A stretch of 64,000 nucleotides of DNA. It comes from the human T2T-CHM13v2.0 reference genome, Homo sapiens. Location of the stretch: NCBI RefSeq assembly GCF_009914755.1, contig NC_060928.1; one strand, 5' to 3'. The position numbers and the translations under genes are program-made. The first letter of the stretch is position 1. The number at the start of each line of letters is the position of its first letter. Below are positions 29,409 through 41,420 of the stretch, in pieces. A model generated the notes under the pieces. It made no database searches and was not told the DNA's origin. It worked only from the letters and a program-made list of their open reading frames with translations.

Positions 29409-29766
29409 TGATACGGTTTGGCTGTGTTCCCCCCAAATCTCACCTTGAATTGTAGTTCCCATAATCCCCACGTGTTGTGGGAGGGACCCAATGGGAGGTA
29501 GTTGAATCATGCTGTTCTGTGACAGTGAGTGAGTTCTCACAAGACCTGATGGTTTTATAAGGGGCTTTTCCCCCGTAGTTCAGCACTGCTCCTTCCCACC
29601 ACCTTGTGAAGAAGGTGCCTTACTTCCCCTTCACCTTGTGCCATGATTGTAAGTTTCCTGTGGCCTCCCCAGCCATGCTGAACTGTGAGTCAACTCAGCC
29701 TCTTTCCTTTATAAATTACCCAGTCTTGGGCAGTTCTTTATAGGAGTGTGAGAATGGACTAATCCA
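29409..29766 (+). mobile_element. MaLR solo LTR (THE1C/THE1D-like)
   Basis: tgatacggtttggctgtgttccccccaaatctcaccttgaattgtagttccc..ataaattacccagtcttgggcagttcttta..; 5-bp TSD ccagt. Confidence 0.94.
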
Positions 29767-30586
29767 CCAGTGTTCTTGGGAGACAATCAACACTCCCCAG
29801 CAGCCTTCCTTCCTCTAGAGCTGTATCTTTCTGAGTCCCCTGTTTGCTTACTGAAGGCATTGACATTTCTCTAAGGGGCCCTCCTTTTTACTGCTTCCAA
29901 ATGTATACACCTGCTGCCTTGCAATACTCTTCTGGCCCTCTCTTCACCTGGCTAAATCCTACGCACTCTTCAAGTCCCAGCTTAGTCAGTCCTCCTCAAG
30001 GAAAGATTTTTTAATCCCTCAGACTAAATTGGGCCACTGTACTTCCAGAACTTAGCATGGCAACTGGCACATAGTAAGTGCTCAGTAAACATTGATGCTT
30101 CATAAATTCATTTGATATACAAATGCATGAGTGAGGGAACAGAAAGAGAAGCTAAAATCAATGTGAGAAACAAAGTTTTTAATTGGAAGATCAAGATAAC
30201 AAAAGTCCCTACCACAAAGAGAAGGAGAAGAGAATAAAAGACAATGGTACAATCTTTAAGGTCTGATGTGCTTTTGCTTAAGGCAGTATCAGGTCGATCA
30301 GGTCAATCACCTGAGAAAGCAATGGGGTTCCAGGGTATTCATCTTGTGGCTTAGTGTCAAGAAGTAATATTGTCAGCCATGTGAGCTGAGACTGCAATGA
30401 GCTGGATTTCCCCTGGCAGAAGGGGTAATAGGAGGACACAGCCAGGAAAATCAAGCACATAGTGAACACCCTGCTTGGAGGGGTGAAGAAACTATATTGC
30501 AAGAACACAATTTCAAGTTGTTGTTCTGTCTTGATTCATTGTGTATGACTTTGGACAAATCACTTAACCTTTGGAATTGCACTTCC

Positions 30587-30716
30587 TTTTTAAAAAAATA
30601 AAGATAGGGGTCTCCCTGTGATGCCCAGGCTGGTCTTGAACTCCTGGGCTCAAGCTATCCTCCCACCTTGGCCTCCCAAAAGCTGGGATTATAGGCATGA
30701 GCCACTGTGCTCAGCC
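30587..30716 (-). mobile_element. Monomeric Alu (FLAM/left arm) inserted in a MIR
   Basis: gcccaggctggtcttgaactcctgggctcaag..; TSD ggaatt(g/t)cactt; MIR core upstream (tgactttggacaaatcacttaacc). Confidence 0.88.
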
Positions 30717-31443
30717 GGAATTTCACTTTCATTGTCCAGAAAAATAAACTGTGGGACTACTATGCGGATATTGGGAGAAACATGAATATTAGCCAAGTTT
30801 ACGTATGGCCCAAGGTCCAACACAATAGTGGTATTATTCATGATCCCCAACGCTATCCCCAGCTGTTCCCCAGTAAGAGTTTATTAGTCCCACTGCTATT
30901 TCCTGATTTGTTTCCATTCAGGAAGCTTCGAACTAATGGTTAGCAGAGGGGCACATTGCAAAAATAAAAATTCTCACTTTTAACTTTTCCATCCCCTTTA
31001 ATCCCCACTGCCCAGCCTTCCTCTCTCCCCAGCGAGGGCTGGAGTTGTGCCATCCCCGTGATCAATCACACACTGGGGAGCGCCTCGTGGCGGGGTGGAG
31101 GCTGTGGGCAGGGGGAGAGCTGGCCCAGCACGTCTGTTGAGTATGATGTCCTTTCGTGATGCCCTTACAAACAGAAGCGAGGAAACAGGCCGTCATTTAT
31201 CATGTGGCTTTGTAGTGGATGCTGATAATGCAGAACAGCCAGACCACTCTTGAGGTCGCTCCATTGAAGTACTTACTGAGTCAGCTGTCGGGAGCCAGTC
31301 GGAAAGGGAGGTTCCCCATATGACTTGCCCTACTGCCAGGGACCTCCCCGCAGTAACAACTGCCCACTCCTCGATGGAATGGAGCCTGCCATTTGCCCTC
31401 CGGAAGCCACCCAGCCTCCTGGGTTATGGGCATTGAAAGTTTT

Positions 31444-31462
31444 TGGCCTCTAGGGGGAGCTG
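31444..31462 (+). promoter_or_regulatory. Predicted CTCF binding site
   Basis: TGGCCTCTAGGGGGAGCTG vs consensus TGGCCACCAGGGGGCGCTA; differences fall at tolerant positions; located in non-repeat DNA. Confidence 0.65.
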
Positions 31463-32049
31463 AAGACCTCTCCCCATTCCAGCCCATTCACCCCACTCAC
31501 CCCCCAACTCCCCAAGCCAGGCACACTATTGGGCAAGAGGGTGGAGCTTTTTGGTGAGATGGTGGCTGTATGGTCCTTGAACCATTCACTGTTGCAGGCG
31601 CCATTCTGTTTAGCCACACCTAGGTCACTTGCCTGCTCTTGGTTGGGTTACGAAGTAAGGTAGCTTTAGCCACATCCAAACTGCACAGACACGTTTCCAG
31701 AAGTGAGGGAAGGGGAAGTGTGATGGGCACTATAGCGACCACTGGCATGACGTCTTCTATTTCTCTGAATTTCCTCTACCCTTACCAGCACAACATCTAG
31801 CACCATGCTTTGGCCCAAAGCAGGGTTCAATCAATGAATTTACTGGCAAGAAAACACTTAAATCCACAAACGAACACATCGTGAAAGCCATGCAAGGGCA
31901 GAGCTCCCTGGAAGTACTCTTTTAAAAGGGGCTTTTTCTCCCCCAGGTACTCACCTAAGAAGATGTTGAGCCAAGAGAATGATATTGCTAAAAGGTCAGC
32001 CTCTCAACACAGCCACCCTCTCTCCTTTTGACCTTGGCTACTCTTTTCC

Positions 32050-33180
32050 ATGTCATGACGGCCTCCGTGTTGCTAAGTTTGGTCCCATCTGACTTACCCC
32101 ATCAGCAACATTTGACCCAGTTGATAACTTTCTTCTCCTTGAAACCTTTTCTTCTCTTGGCTTTTAGGACGTCACACTCACTTGGTTTTCCTCCTACCTC
32201 CCTGGTCATTCCTTCTCAGCTTCTTCTGCTGGTTGTCCTCATCCTTCCAATCCTTGATTGTTCAGTCCCCATGGATCAGTACTTGGGCCTCCTCATTCCT
32301 ATGGACACTCACTCCCTGGGTGATCTCATCCAGGTTATAGATTTCATACTATCCGTGTGCTACAACTCCAACATGTGTGTCTCTAGCCTAAACCCCTTTC
32401 CTGAACTCCAGATCTTACATCAACCTTCCTGTCCGAAATGTCTACTGGAATGTCCAATAGACATCTCCAACCAATCTCATCCAAAACTGAACCCTTGATA
32501 ACTCTCCCTCCACTACTACCAAAAAAAAAACTCCTCCCATAATCCTCCCATAATCCAGTCACGCAGGCAAAAATCCATAGTGCTATTCTTGACTTCTCTC
32601 TTCCTCTTACACTCTACGTCTTGTCTGTCAGAAAATTCTATAGGCTCTATCTTCAAAAGATATTCAGAATTTAATACCACCTCCATTGCTACCACCCTAC
32701 TTTTAACAAGTATCCCTCCTTCCTGACTTTGCTTCCTACCCCACCCTTATCCTCACAGCCCATTCTTAACATGTTAGCCAACTGATCCAATTAAAACATC
32801 AGTCAGATCATGTTAATCCTCTGCTCCATAACCACAGTAGCTGTAAAAGCTGTGCCCTTGTGCCCTGTGTGGCCTATGTGATCTGCCTCTCACTCACTGT
32901 ATCCCACTTACTAACACCCCTATTCTCTCTACTCCAGTCTCTTGGCCTCCTTGGTCAGATATTCCTGGCATGCCTCAACCCCAGGGCCTTTGCACTTGCT
33001 CTTTCCTCTTCCTGGCATGCTGTTCCCCTAAATATTCACACAATTCCCTCTCAACTCCTTTAAGTCTTTACTTGAAGGTCACTTTCTTAAGAGAAGTTTT
33101 TCCTGAAACTACATCTGAATTTCAACATGCCCACCCTTTGTGTCCCTCTTCCCTTCTTATTTTTTTCCTTTCCTTTTATC
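32050..33180 (+). mobile_element. LINE-2 (RT domain to 3' region); 3' tip continues at ~33490-33620
   Basis: Translates as SATFDPVDNFLLLETFSSLGF*DVTLTWFSSYL (L2 RT signature DLSAAFDTVDH..WFSSYL); cactcactccctgggtgatctcatccag. Confidence 0.9.
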
Positions 33181-33290
33181 ACTATAATTTGTATATTCTT
33201 TTAATATTATTATTGAATATAATATTATAGAATATTAATATTCTTTAAGGAATATTTGTTTAATATTTAATGTGTAATTTATTTAATTGA

Positions 33291-33481
<191 letters not shown>

Positions 33482-34224
33482 TACCTACTTTAGCTTGTAT
33501 ATTGCATCTTATCCAACTAGATTATATGCTCCATAAGGACAGGAATATTTTCATATGTTTTGATCATCAGAAGCAAATGTCAAAGTGTTAGAAACTACAA
33601 TAGTGCTTTCACATATAAAAGAAAGCAAACAGTATAGCCTAATTGTACAGCTAAGATGTGAGTCTTTTGAAATCCACACTATTTGGCCTTGACTTCCAAC
33701 TAAACTCAGTGATCAGGCAGGATGGATTTCCAAGTTTTGAGGCTAATTTTTGGTAGAGAGGCAGCCATGAAAATTTTCTACTCATGTCACTTCCTAGCTG
33801 AACAGTTTTCAATAGCTTCCCGTTGCCTCCACTGCCTTAAGGAGCGAAGTTTATACCTCCCTCATGCATACCTTTCTCAGGTGATCTCCTGCATCAGCAA
33901 TACAAATGTCTTCTCCAGCCAAACTGCCTTATCCACTGTTTCCCCAAATAGCCTTGAGCTTCTCTTTCTCCATATTCTTTCTCATTTCTTTCTTTCTTCT
34001 GAAATATCCTCCTTTATTTCCTCTATTCCTCCATCCAAGTCCACAATTGTTTTAAAGACATGCTTTCTTCTCCATCTGCTGAAATTTAACCTACTCTTTC
34101 AACTTACATGGCACCTCTTTTATAAAGGCTTCCTTGAATTTATCAGATGAAACACTCCCTATCATCTTGTAATTTCATGGTATTTTGCTTCTACCTTTAT
34201 TCCATCTCATTTCACAGTACAGTC

Positions 34225-34440
34225 ATGCAGGAGTCCACAGCAGAGATTCTGGAGCCTAAGTTGAATGACTTTGCACAAGTAATGTGGCCTCTCTGTGCTT
34301 CTGTTTCTTTCTCTGTAAAATGAGGTTAATAGCAGTTCCTACCATATAGGATTTTATGATGATTAAGTGTATTAACATGTAAAACACTTAGAACAGCATC
34401 TCTCCTCTGAGTGTTTTGATGTTGTTACTGCTGTTAGCAA
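34225..34440 (+). mobile_element. MIR
   Basis: gattctggagcc..ctctctgtgcttctgtttctttctctgtaaaatgagg..gtaaaacacttagaacag. Confidence 0.85.
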
Positions 34441-36859
34441 TTCTTCATTTTCAGTCCACTTGACTTTGTTGGGTGAAACATCACAGCTGGATTTCTTCCA
34501 GTTGTTTAATACATACACTTTAATCTTATTAAATAATGAGTGTATCATTTCCTTTTTCTCAATTTGGAGGTGCAGGTAAATTAAATCCAATGTAAGGAAT
34601 TATTGATACTATAGACAATTTTATTGATTTTTTTCTGAATTACACAATGCATAACCACAATGCAAGTGTTACATGGAATTGAACTGAATTCCCGTGTATT
34701 GAATTCAACTTAATCACACATGCTGTGAGGAACAGAAAGATGAAGACAAGGCCCTGACCTCATAGAACCACTATCTCTATTCAGCAAGATTAATATATAC
34801 ACAAGTAGCTTTCCAATATCTGCTATATGCTACATATCATATGGTTCTTTTACTTATATCTTAATATTTCAGTTTTTCTCAGTCTTCTAATATCTTTTTA
34901 TTATTTTGAACCCAGGGTGCATTAGTTCATTTGAAAGAGTTTTTTGTTTTAATGTGGGAACACAAGCCATCAGTTGTAGTCTATTATTGTCTACTTAATG
35001 AAATTGTTTTTGAAACCCTGCCCATTCACCTTTAACCTTGAGGCCCATGCATAGTTTCCGTATTTATTAAATGATTAACTCACTTACTAGAGGTATTTAT
35101 GAGTTCTTGGCTCAGCCTGAGCCTGCCAGGCCTGGTCGAGAGACAGGAATGGTTCCAGAATGACCTCCCCAGTCTTCTGCTGAGACCCATCTCTCATCGC
35201 CCCCACGTGTCTCCGTTCCTGATCATCCCTACATGCTTTTCTTCCACATCCACTTCACTGTCTTCTCCAGGAGGTACAATTGCATCTGGTCCTCATTGTG
35301 GTGATAATTTCACTTTGCAGTTATTTTTATAAATGTTTAATCAGGTGTGCAGGCAAAAAGATGAAAAGTGAAGGGTGGCTGTTTCTAAATATTTATTCAG
35401 AAAACAAATTCAGCAATATTCAATCTGGCCTCTTCCTCAGGGACACTGGCATTGACATCCTCATAGCAGCAGCCTAAGACCCTCAGTCCTTGAAGGTGAG
35501 TCCTGGAACTATAGCCTAATACCCATGAAATTGTTTTTTCACGCCTAATAGTGTCCTCACCCTGCGTGCTGGATAAACAGGCGCTGAAGTGGTTTCTATG
35601 CCAGGCTTGTTTTCCTTCTGAAACATGATCCTTAAAGTAACTTCAGAAAACAGAAGGTCAACTCTAAAGACAAAAAAAAAAGAATCCATGGTTACATAAA
35701 AAAGCCTTTCAGTAAACTAAGATACTATTCACAGAAGTTGTAAAATAATATGTTACTAGTTCATAATTTTAAGTATTTAGAATAAGAGGACTCATGAGGA
35801 AAGTGCCTACAAGCATCTAAGGGTAGTACCTTGGGTCATTTTTCTGAAGGTGATTAAGATGAAACAAAGTGTTCTTCATAGTATAACATAGGCCACTTTG
35901 AAATATAAAACTGTGAGTATTTAACTCTTAAAAGGGACAAAGAAATGTCAGATGATAACGTGGATGCTAAAGGTTATGGCAATGGTTCGTTTTCCTAGCA
36001 AGCCCACAAAGCTGGCCAAGAGAGAATGGCTTTCACTTTGGAAATACCCTCAAGACGTAAGTTTCACCTTCCAGGTATCTTTGGAATGCAAGATCAGGAA
36101 TTATGAATGAGCTCTCCCAAATACCCTCAGCGTCATTGGACCTAGGCTAACAACGATGAAGATAAGACCCCACATTGTTTAAGAATCTGGCCTGAAGAAG
36201 CTGGATGGAAGACTACAGGAAGCACTAAAATTCATCTTGGGTAGTTTGGAAACTACTTTTCCCATTGCAGCTGTAACCACGCTATGACCACAAGAGTTTT
36301 GGTGGACAGAGCCCTACCCTTTATCAGGCATGTGAACATCCCAATAAAATTTCTATACCACTTACAAAAGATAAAGGAATTCACATGGTTTCCCAGACCA
36401 AGTTCTACTGATAGGATATGCAATTCAGTCAACAATCACAGCAAGTAAATAAAACAGAAATTTGAGATTACAAACCTTAACGAGATGAATGAGGTAGATG
36501 AGGCCCTCCTGGGCAGAAAAAGCAGCAGAAGCAACAGTGATCTTCCACCATGGTGTTCAGAAATACAAAGTTGTGTCAGACAAGATTGAATTATCAGAGG
36601 ATTTGACTGCAGTTTGCAAGCTTACATAAAAAGGAGGAGAGGACCCATCTGTTCTGTTGAACAATGGTTTTCTGAAACTTCGTCAAATTGAAAGGGTAAT
36701 CCAGTTAATTAATCAGACTCTATCAGATATCGACTGGAAGCTGAAACCAACGCTCGTTAAAATGAGGGTGAGGTTCTTGTACCTCAATGAAAGTTACTAC
36801 AACCTTTGCCAGAAGGTGTATGAAAACACTCTTTTTTAAAAAAAAAAAATCACATTACT

Positions 36860-37002
36860 TTTATTTTAAAATTTTTTTATTTTTAATTTTTGTGGGTACA
36901 TATTAACTTTTAATTTTTGTGGGTACATATTAATAGTACATATTAGTAACCATTTTAACTGAGGTAAGATGATATCTCATTATAGTTTTGATTTGTATTT
37001 CT
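36860..37002 (-). mobile_element. Short rearranged L1 (L1MA-type) 3' fragment
   Basis: tttttaatttttgtgggtacata (L1MA 3' terminus, reverse complement) joined to ccattttaactgaggtaagatgatatctcattatagttttgatttgtatttct (ORF2 end). Confidence 0.75.
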
Positions 37003-37729
37003 GGAAGTACTCTTTTGTGGAAAAGAAAACAAATGTCTCTGGGTGAGATGTTAACTCACTACTTTGCTTTTACTTTAAAGCAAAAAAGTACTAAACAATT
37101 AAAAGAAAGAGATCGATCTGCACCAAATATTTGTATCATTTCATCTTCTCAACATGTGAGGTTACAAAAAAGGAAACGGAGGCTCAAAGAAGCAAAGTAG
37201 TTTAAGGAGCTTTCCATAGCTAGTAAGTTTCTACCCAGCATTTCAGATCAGAATTAAAAGTATCCATAGCCCCAGCTATTTCCACAATATGCTGCCGCCA
37301 TTTGGGGCAAAGTTCTCTGTGTGGATGAAAGGAGAGAAAGACCAAGGGAATGCTCTGAAGAGGTAAGTAGGAGGCCTTCCTGTCCTGAATAGTAAGATAA
37401 TGGCTGAAGATTAAATGGGGAAGCTTTTCTGCATGTGGGTGCTAATGAGATCACATTAATATGTCAGCTTTTGCTGGCTCCAAAGCTCAGCAACTAAACT
37501 GCAGGAAACCTACTCCCTCCCCATTCAATATTCTCTTTCGTTTAGAATGTCAGGCAGTCCCTAAGTTTCACACTGCACAGCAGATTAATGTCATCCTTTG
37601 GTGACACTGCAGCCATCCGGCAGGTTGGCCCAGCTGCTCCTTCACACCTCTCAGGGCTCTCCCTGTAGCGCTGCCACACCCCAGCTATTTGTTCAAAGCT
37701 GAGGATTGATTACCTGAGCTGATTTTCTG

Positions 37730-38280
37730 TTCCTCTCTACTTTGGTTCCCTTCTCTGAGTTCTGGGCCTATATATACAAATGTCTTTCACACTTCTCAAC
37801 AGAATGTCCCAAAGATATCTCAAATACAATACAACCAATAAATAAATACATTATCTTCTCTAAAAATCTTCTCTTCACGTGAGCTGAGTTTTGATAAATA
37901 AACGACACCAGTACTCATAGTGACTCAAATCAAAAACCTGGAGTCACATATCTCTGGCTTCTTCAACCCGACACCAAGTCCTATCAATTCTACATTCCTC
38001 TCGACTATGATCTCTCTCCTCTCTATTTCCTGAAGGTCGAATGGGTAAACCAAATGCTCTGGGGTTCTATCCGCATTCCCACTCCCTTTGTCCAAGGCCT
38101 TATCATCTTTCTCCTCTTTACTGACTTCCATGTTTCTTACCAGGATCACCTTTCCATAATGCATATTGCACCAAATTACCAGGTTCCCTATGGTACAAAA
38201 TTCTAATGACCTTGGGTTTGGCATTTATGGCCCTTTAGGATTTGCCCCCTACTCATTTTTCCACCAAAGTTGAATGATTG
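37730..38280 (+). mobile_element. LINE-2 fragment
   Basis: aatgtcccaaagatatctcaaa..aaacctggagtca..caccaagtcctatcaattctac..tccaaggccttatcatc. Confidence 0.65.
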
Positions 38281-38512
38281 GCACATTTATACTTTCTTAA
38301 ATTTACTGACTCCAAAATAGCATGAAGAGATGATGCACACTGGGGCTCAAGATGTAGACAGTGAATAATCGAGTTACGTTATCCAAGAATAATGAAGTTA
38401 GATCATAACTTGGATATCTTAAGAAAGAAACATAGGATGGTTTACTATTTGGAATGAACAACAATATGAGGGACAGAGAATACTGAACACCAGCAACTCT
38501 CTAAATTATATC

Positions 38513-38577
38513 TGTGTTCTGTGTTCCAACAAATGAAAGAACATTGTGTTCTGTGTTCCAGCAAATGAAAGAACATT
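38513..38577 (+). repeat. 32-bp tandem duplication
   Basis: tgtgttctgtgttcca(a/g)caaatgaaagaacat x2, one mismatch. Confidence 0.95.
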
Positions 38578-39307
38578 CAAAACAAGCAAGTTTAGAAGGC
38601 AAAAAACTTTATTGAGAATGTATGGATTGAATGTACTCCACATAAGAGGCATGGCTAAATGAATGTTCATCAAGGCCTGAGATGTGTGACCCTAAGAAAC
38701 AAGACTGATGGTTTAATAAAGAACCAACAAAGACCAAGAAAAAAGATGAAAATGCTAACACTGAAAGATAAAACACCGGCTGCAGGATGTGGGAGAAATG
38801 TCTACTAACTGTAAAGCATGTGGTTTGAGGTGTTCATCTGCAAGGACGTGTATTGAGAAAACAAAATGGTGGTTGGCCTATGCTTTTCTCATGAAGCAGA
38901 GCAACTCCAGCAGCCTGAGAGAAGGCAGAAAGACACATAGATTAATTTATCTTGCTCAGAGATACAGAGTCTGTCTAAGAAGAATTGAATATGTGAGTGC
39001 TGTCTTTTGAGATGGACATAGAACTCTTTCTTCCCCTACCCCAACCCAAATTTCTAGATTTATTTGGAGACAACAATCTCCCTAAAACAACATGGTGGGT
39101 GTATGTGTGTGTGTAGCAAATGCATTATATAAGGCTGGCTCCTCATAAGTAATAAATAAAATAATAAAGATGTGAGTGGAAAACAAAAGAGTCAATTCTA
39201 AGAATTGTGGTCCTTTTAATAATAAGAAGAAGAGGAGTAAGAAAAGAAAACATTTTTACAGAACTTAATGTGCATTTTATGTATTAATTAGTTCTGAGGA
39301 CAATCCT

Positions 39308-39665
39308 ATATTAGACTAGCATAAACTATGCTGTAGGAAAAAGAAATTTAAAACTCCAAAATCTCAGTAATTAAGTTAGCACAACACAAGTTTATTTCTT
39401 GCTCATGCCAAGTTTGATTTAGGCAAGCAGAGACTCTCTTCTACCTGCTAACTCAAGGATTCAGGCTCTCTCCATCTTGTGATCACACAAGTGCTCTGTG
39501 GTAGAAGGCAAAGCAGCTCTTAACTGCCTCAGCCTTGCAATGACACATGATACTTCTACCCCCAGTCCACCAGTTAGAACTAGTCAAATGGCCCCAGTCA
39601 CAGCCAGGGAGGCTGGGAAATGTTGGGAAGCTCATGAATATCTCAATGAGCACTGTCTCCTCCAT
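39308..39665 (-). mobile_element. Old MaLR LTR (MLT1J/K-like) splitting an antisense MIR (~39240-39305, 39670-39830)
   Basis: aaatctcagt..aacacaagtttatttcttgctcatg..agaactagtcaaatggcccca..gggaggctgggaaatgt. Confidence 0.75.
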
Positions 39666-40223
39666 GTCCCTTGTGAGGAATGTAATAGCATAAGCCCTAT
39701 GATTTTTACAGATGATGAGAAAGTGGCACAAGGAAAAAATAATGTATCCAGATTCACACTGCTGGTAAGTGGCAGACCTGACCTTTCAACCAAACAATCT
39801 GGTTCTAGGATCCATGCTTTTAAAAATTGTATTGTCTTTCAAAAGCAATAGAATTACCAATGACTTTATTAATGATTTATATTAGAGAAACAATCTATGG
39901 ACGAAGACAGAAAATCCTCCCTTGGAACCCAGAGCTATGTTACATGAGCACCAGCTGGACGCTGGAAATTAGACAACAAAATACACAATCACTTTTCTGT
40001 AGACCTGAGAAGGGATTCAACAAGCAGGCTGGTGGTCAACAAGGGCGACCGAGGGAAATCCCTGCATCCTACCTATTGGCAAGCATCTAGTCCAGACATG
40101 TCTCTCTTACTGACAGTAAGAGAGTTTAAAAAAAAAAATCAGCCTGAGACATACAGGGAAAGTACTGAAAACCCAAGACAAAGGGAATAAGAGATTGCCA
40201 AAACAGGAGTCTGTTCTCTACAA

Positions 40224-40425
40224 CAGGGGTGGGTAAACATTCCCGTAAAGGTCCATCTGGGAAATATTTTAGGATTTATGGAACCCTACAGTTTCTATCA
40301 TGACTACCCATCTCTGCAGAACTGCAAGGGAGCATTTCCATAAATGAAAGGGTATGGCTGAGACCCTGTGAAACTTTATTTACAAAAACAGATTTGGCCC
40401 ATGGGCTGTAGTTTGCCAGCCCCTG
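40224..40425 (+). mobile_element. MER58A-like hAT-Charlie MITE
   Basis: TIRs caggggtgggtaaac / gtttgccagcccctg; 8-bp TSD ctctacaa/ctctaaaa. Confidence 0.9.
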
Positions 40426-40449
40426 CTCTAAAAAAAGGAAACTGAGAAG

Positions 40450-41190
40450 AAATGTAAATGATCAGTAAACATTTGAAAAATATTCTATTTAATAGGAATC
40501 CAAGAATTTACAAATCTAAACAATGATGTAATTGTTGTCAGCAAACAACTGACAAATATTTTTAAGAGTTTATTGTTAGAAGGTTTCTGGGAGATGACTT
40601 TATATATTTCTGATAACAATGTGAATAAGTATAGTTTTTCTTGAATTTAATTTGTGGACATAGGTCAAGATTCTTGAAAGTATTATACACCTAAAATGTT
40701 TACTTCCAATATTTAAAAAATAATCAAATAGGAGCTCCAAAACTTTTTTATAAGTATTATCATCCCAGCATTACTTATAAAGTTTTTAAATGAAAAAATA
40801 AAACACTAATAATAGAAACATGGTTGAATATAATACAGCATATTATATTCAACCACGTTTCTATTTTTTATTTTTTCTTTTAAAATCTCATTTTGTTTTT
40901 TCTTTTAAAATTTCATTTTTGAGAACTATCTAGTGATATGAAAAATAAGATGCTAGGTAAAAATAGTACAGAATATTATGTATATATATGCATAATATAT
41001 TAATATATACTCATATATATGTGCCAATTTCATAACTATGTATTTTAAACTGCATAAGATAAGGACAGAACAGAAATCATAAATAGTAATAATCAGGATG
41101 TAGAAATATAGGAGGGTGCATCTTCGTTTTTCTGAGTTATTCACATTTTCTATGAAAACATTTCATAATCAGAAAAAAATGTATACAATG
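40450..41190 (+). mobile_element. Ancient L1 (L1ME-type) 3' region
   Basis: aaacatttgaaaaatattc..cagcattacttataa..catggttgaatataatacagc decayed L1 3' motifs. Confidence 0.6.
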
Positions 41191-41199
41191 CAAAGTGAA

Positions 41200-41420
41200 A
41201 CTCATGAGCTTTTGAGTCAGACCTGATTTGAATTTTAGCTCTGCTGAAATCACCAGTTTGTGATCTTGGGCAAATTATCATATAGCTTTGAACTTCCATT
41301 TTCTCATTTAAAAAATACAGATAATAACACCTACTCCACATGATTTTTTTTCAATGATTACATGAGTTAATATATATAAAGCCTCTAGTACATATTATGT
41401 TCTCAATAAATATCAGTTAA
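41200..41420 (+). mobile_element. MIR
   Basis: gagcttttgagtcagacctgatttgaat..tgtgatcttgggcaaatta..ctcaataaatat. Confidence 0.85.

Noticed and set aside
32028-32498. 156-aa hydrophobic ORF
   Set aside because: Off-frame reading of a pyrimidine-rich L2 RT remnant
36074-36560. Possible coding exon or pseudogene after the ttcaccttccAG acceptor
   Set aside because: Frames examined on both strands hit stops quickly and resemble no protein I know
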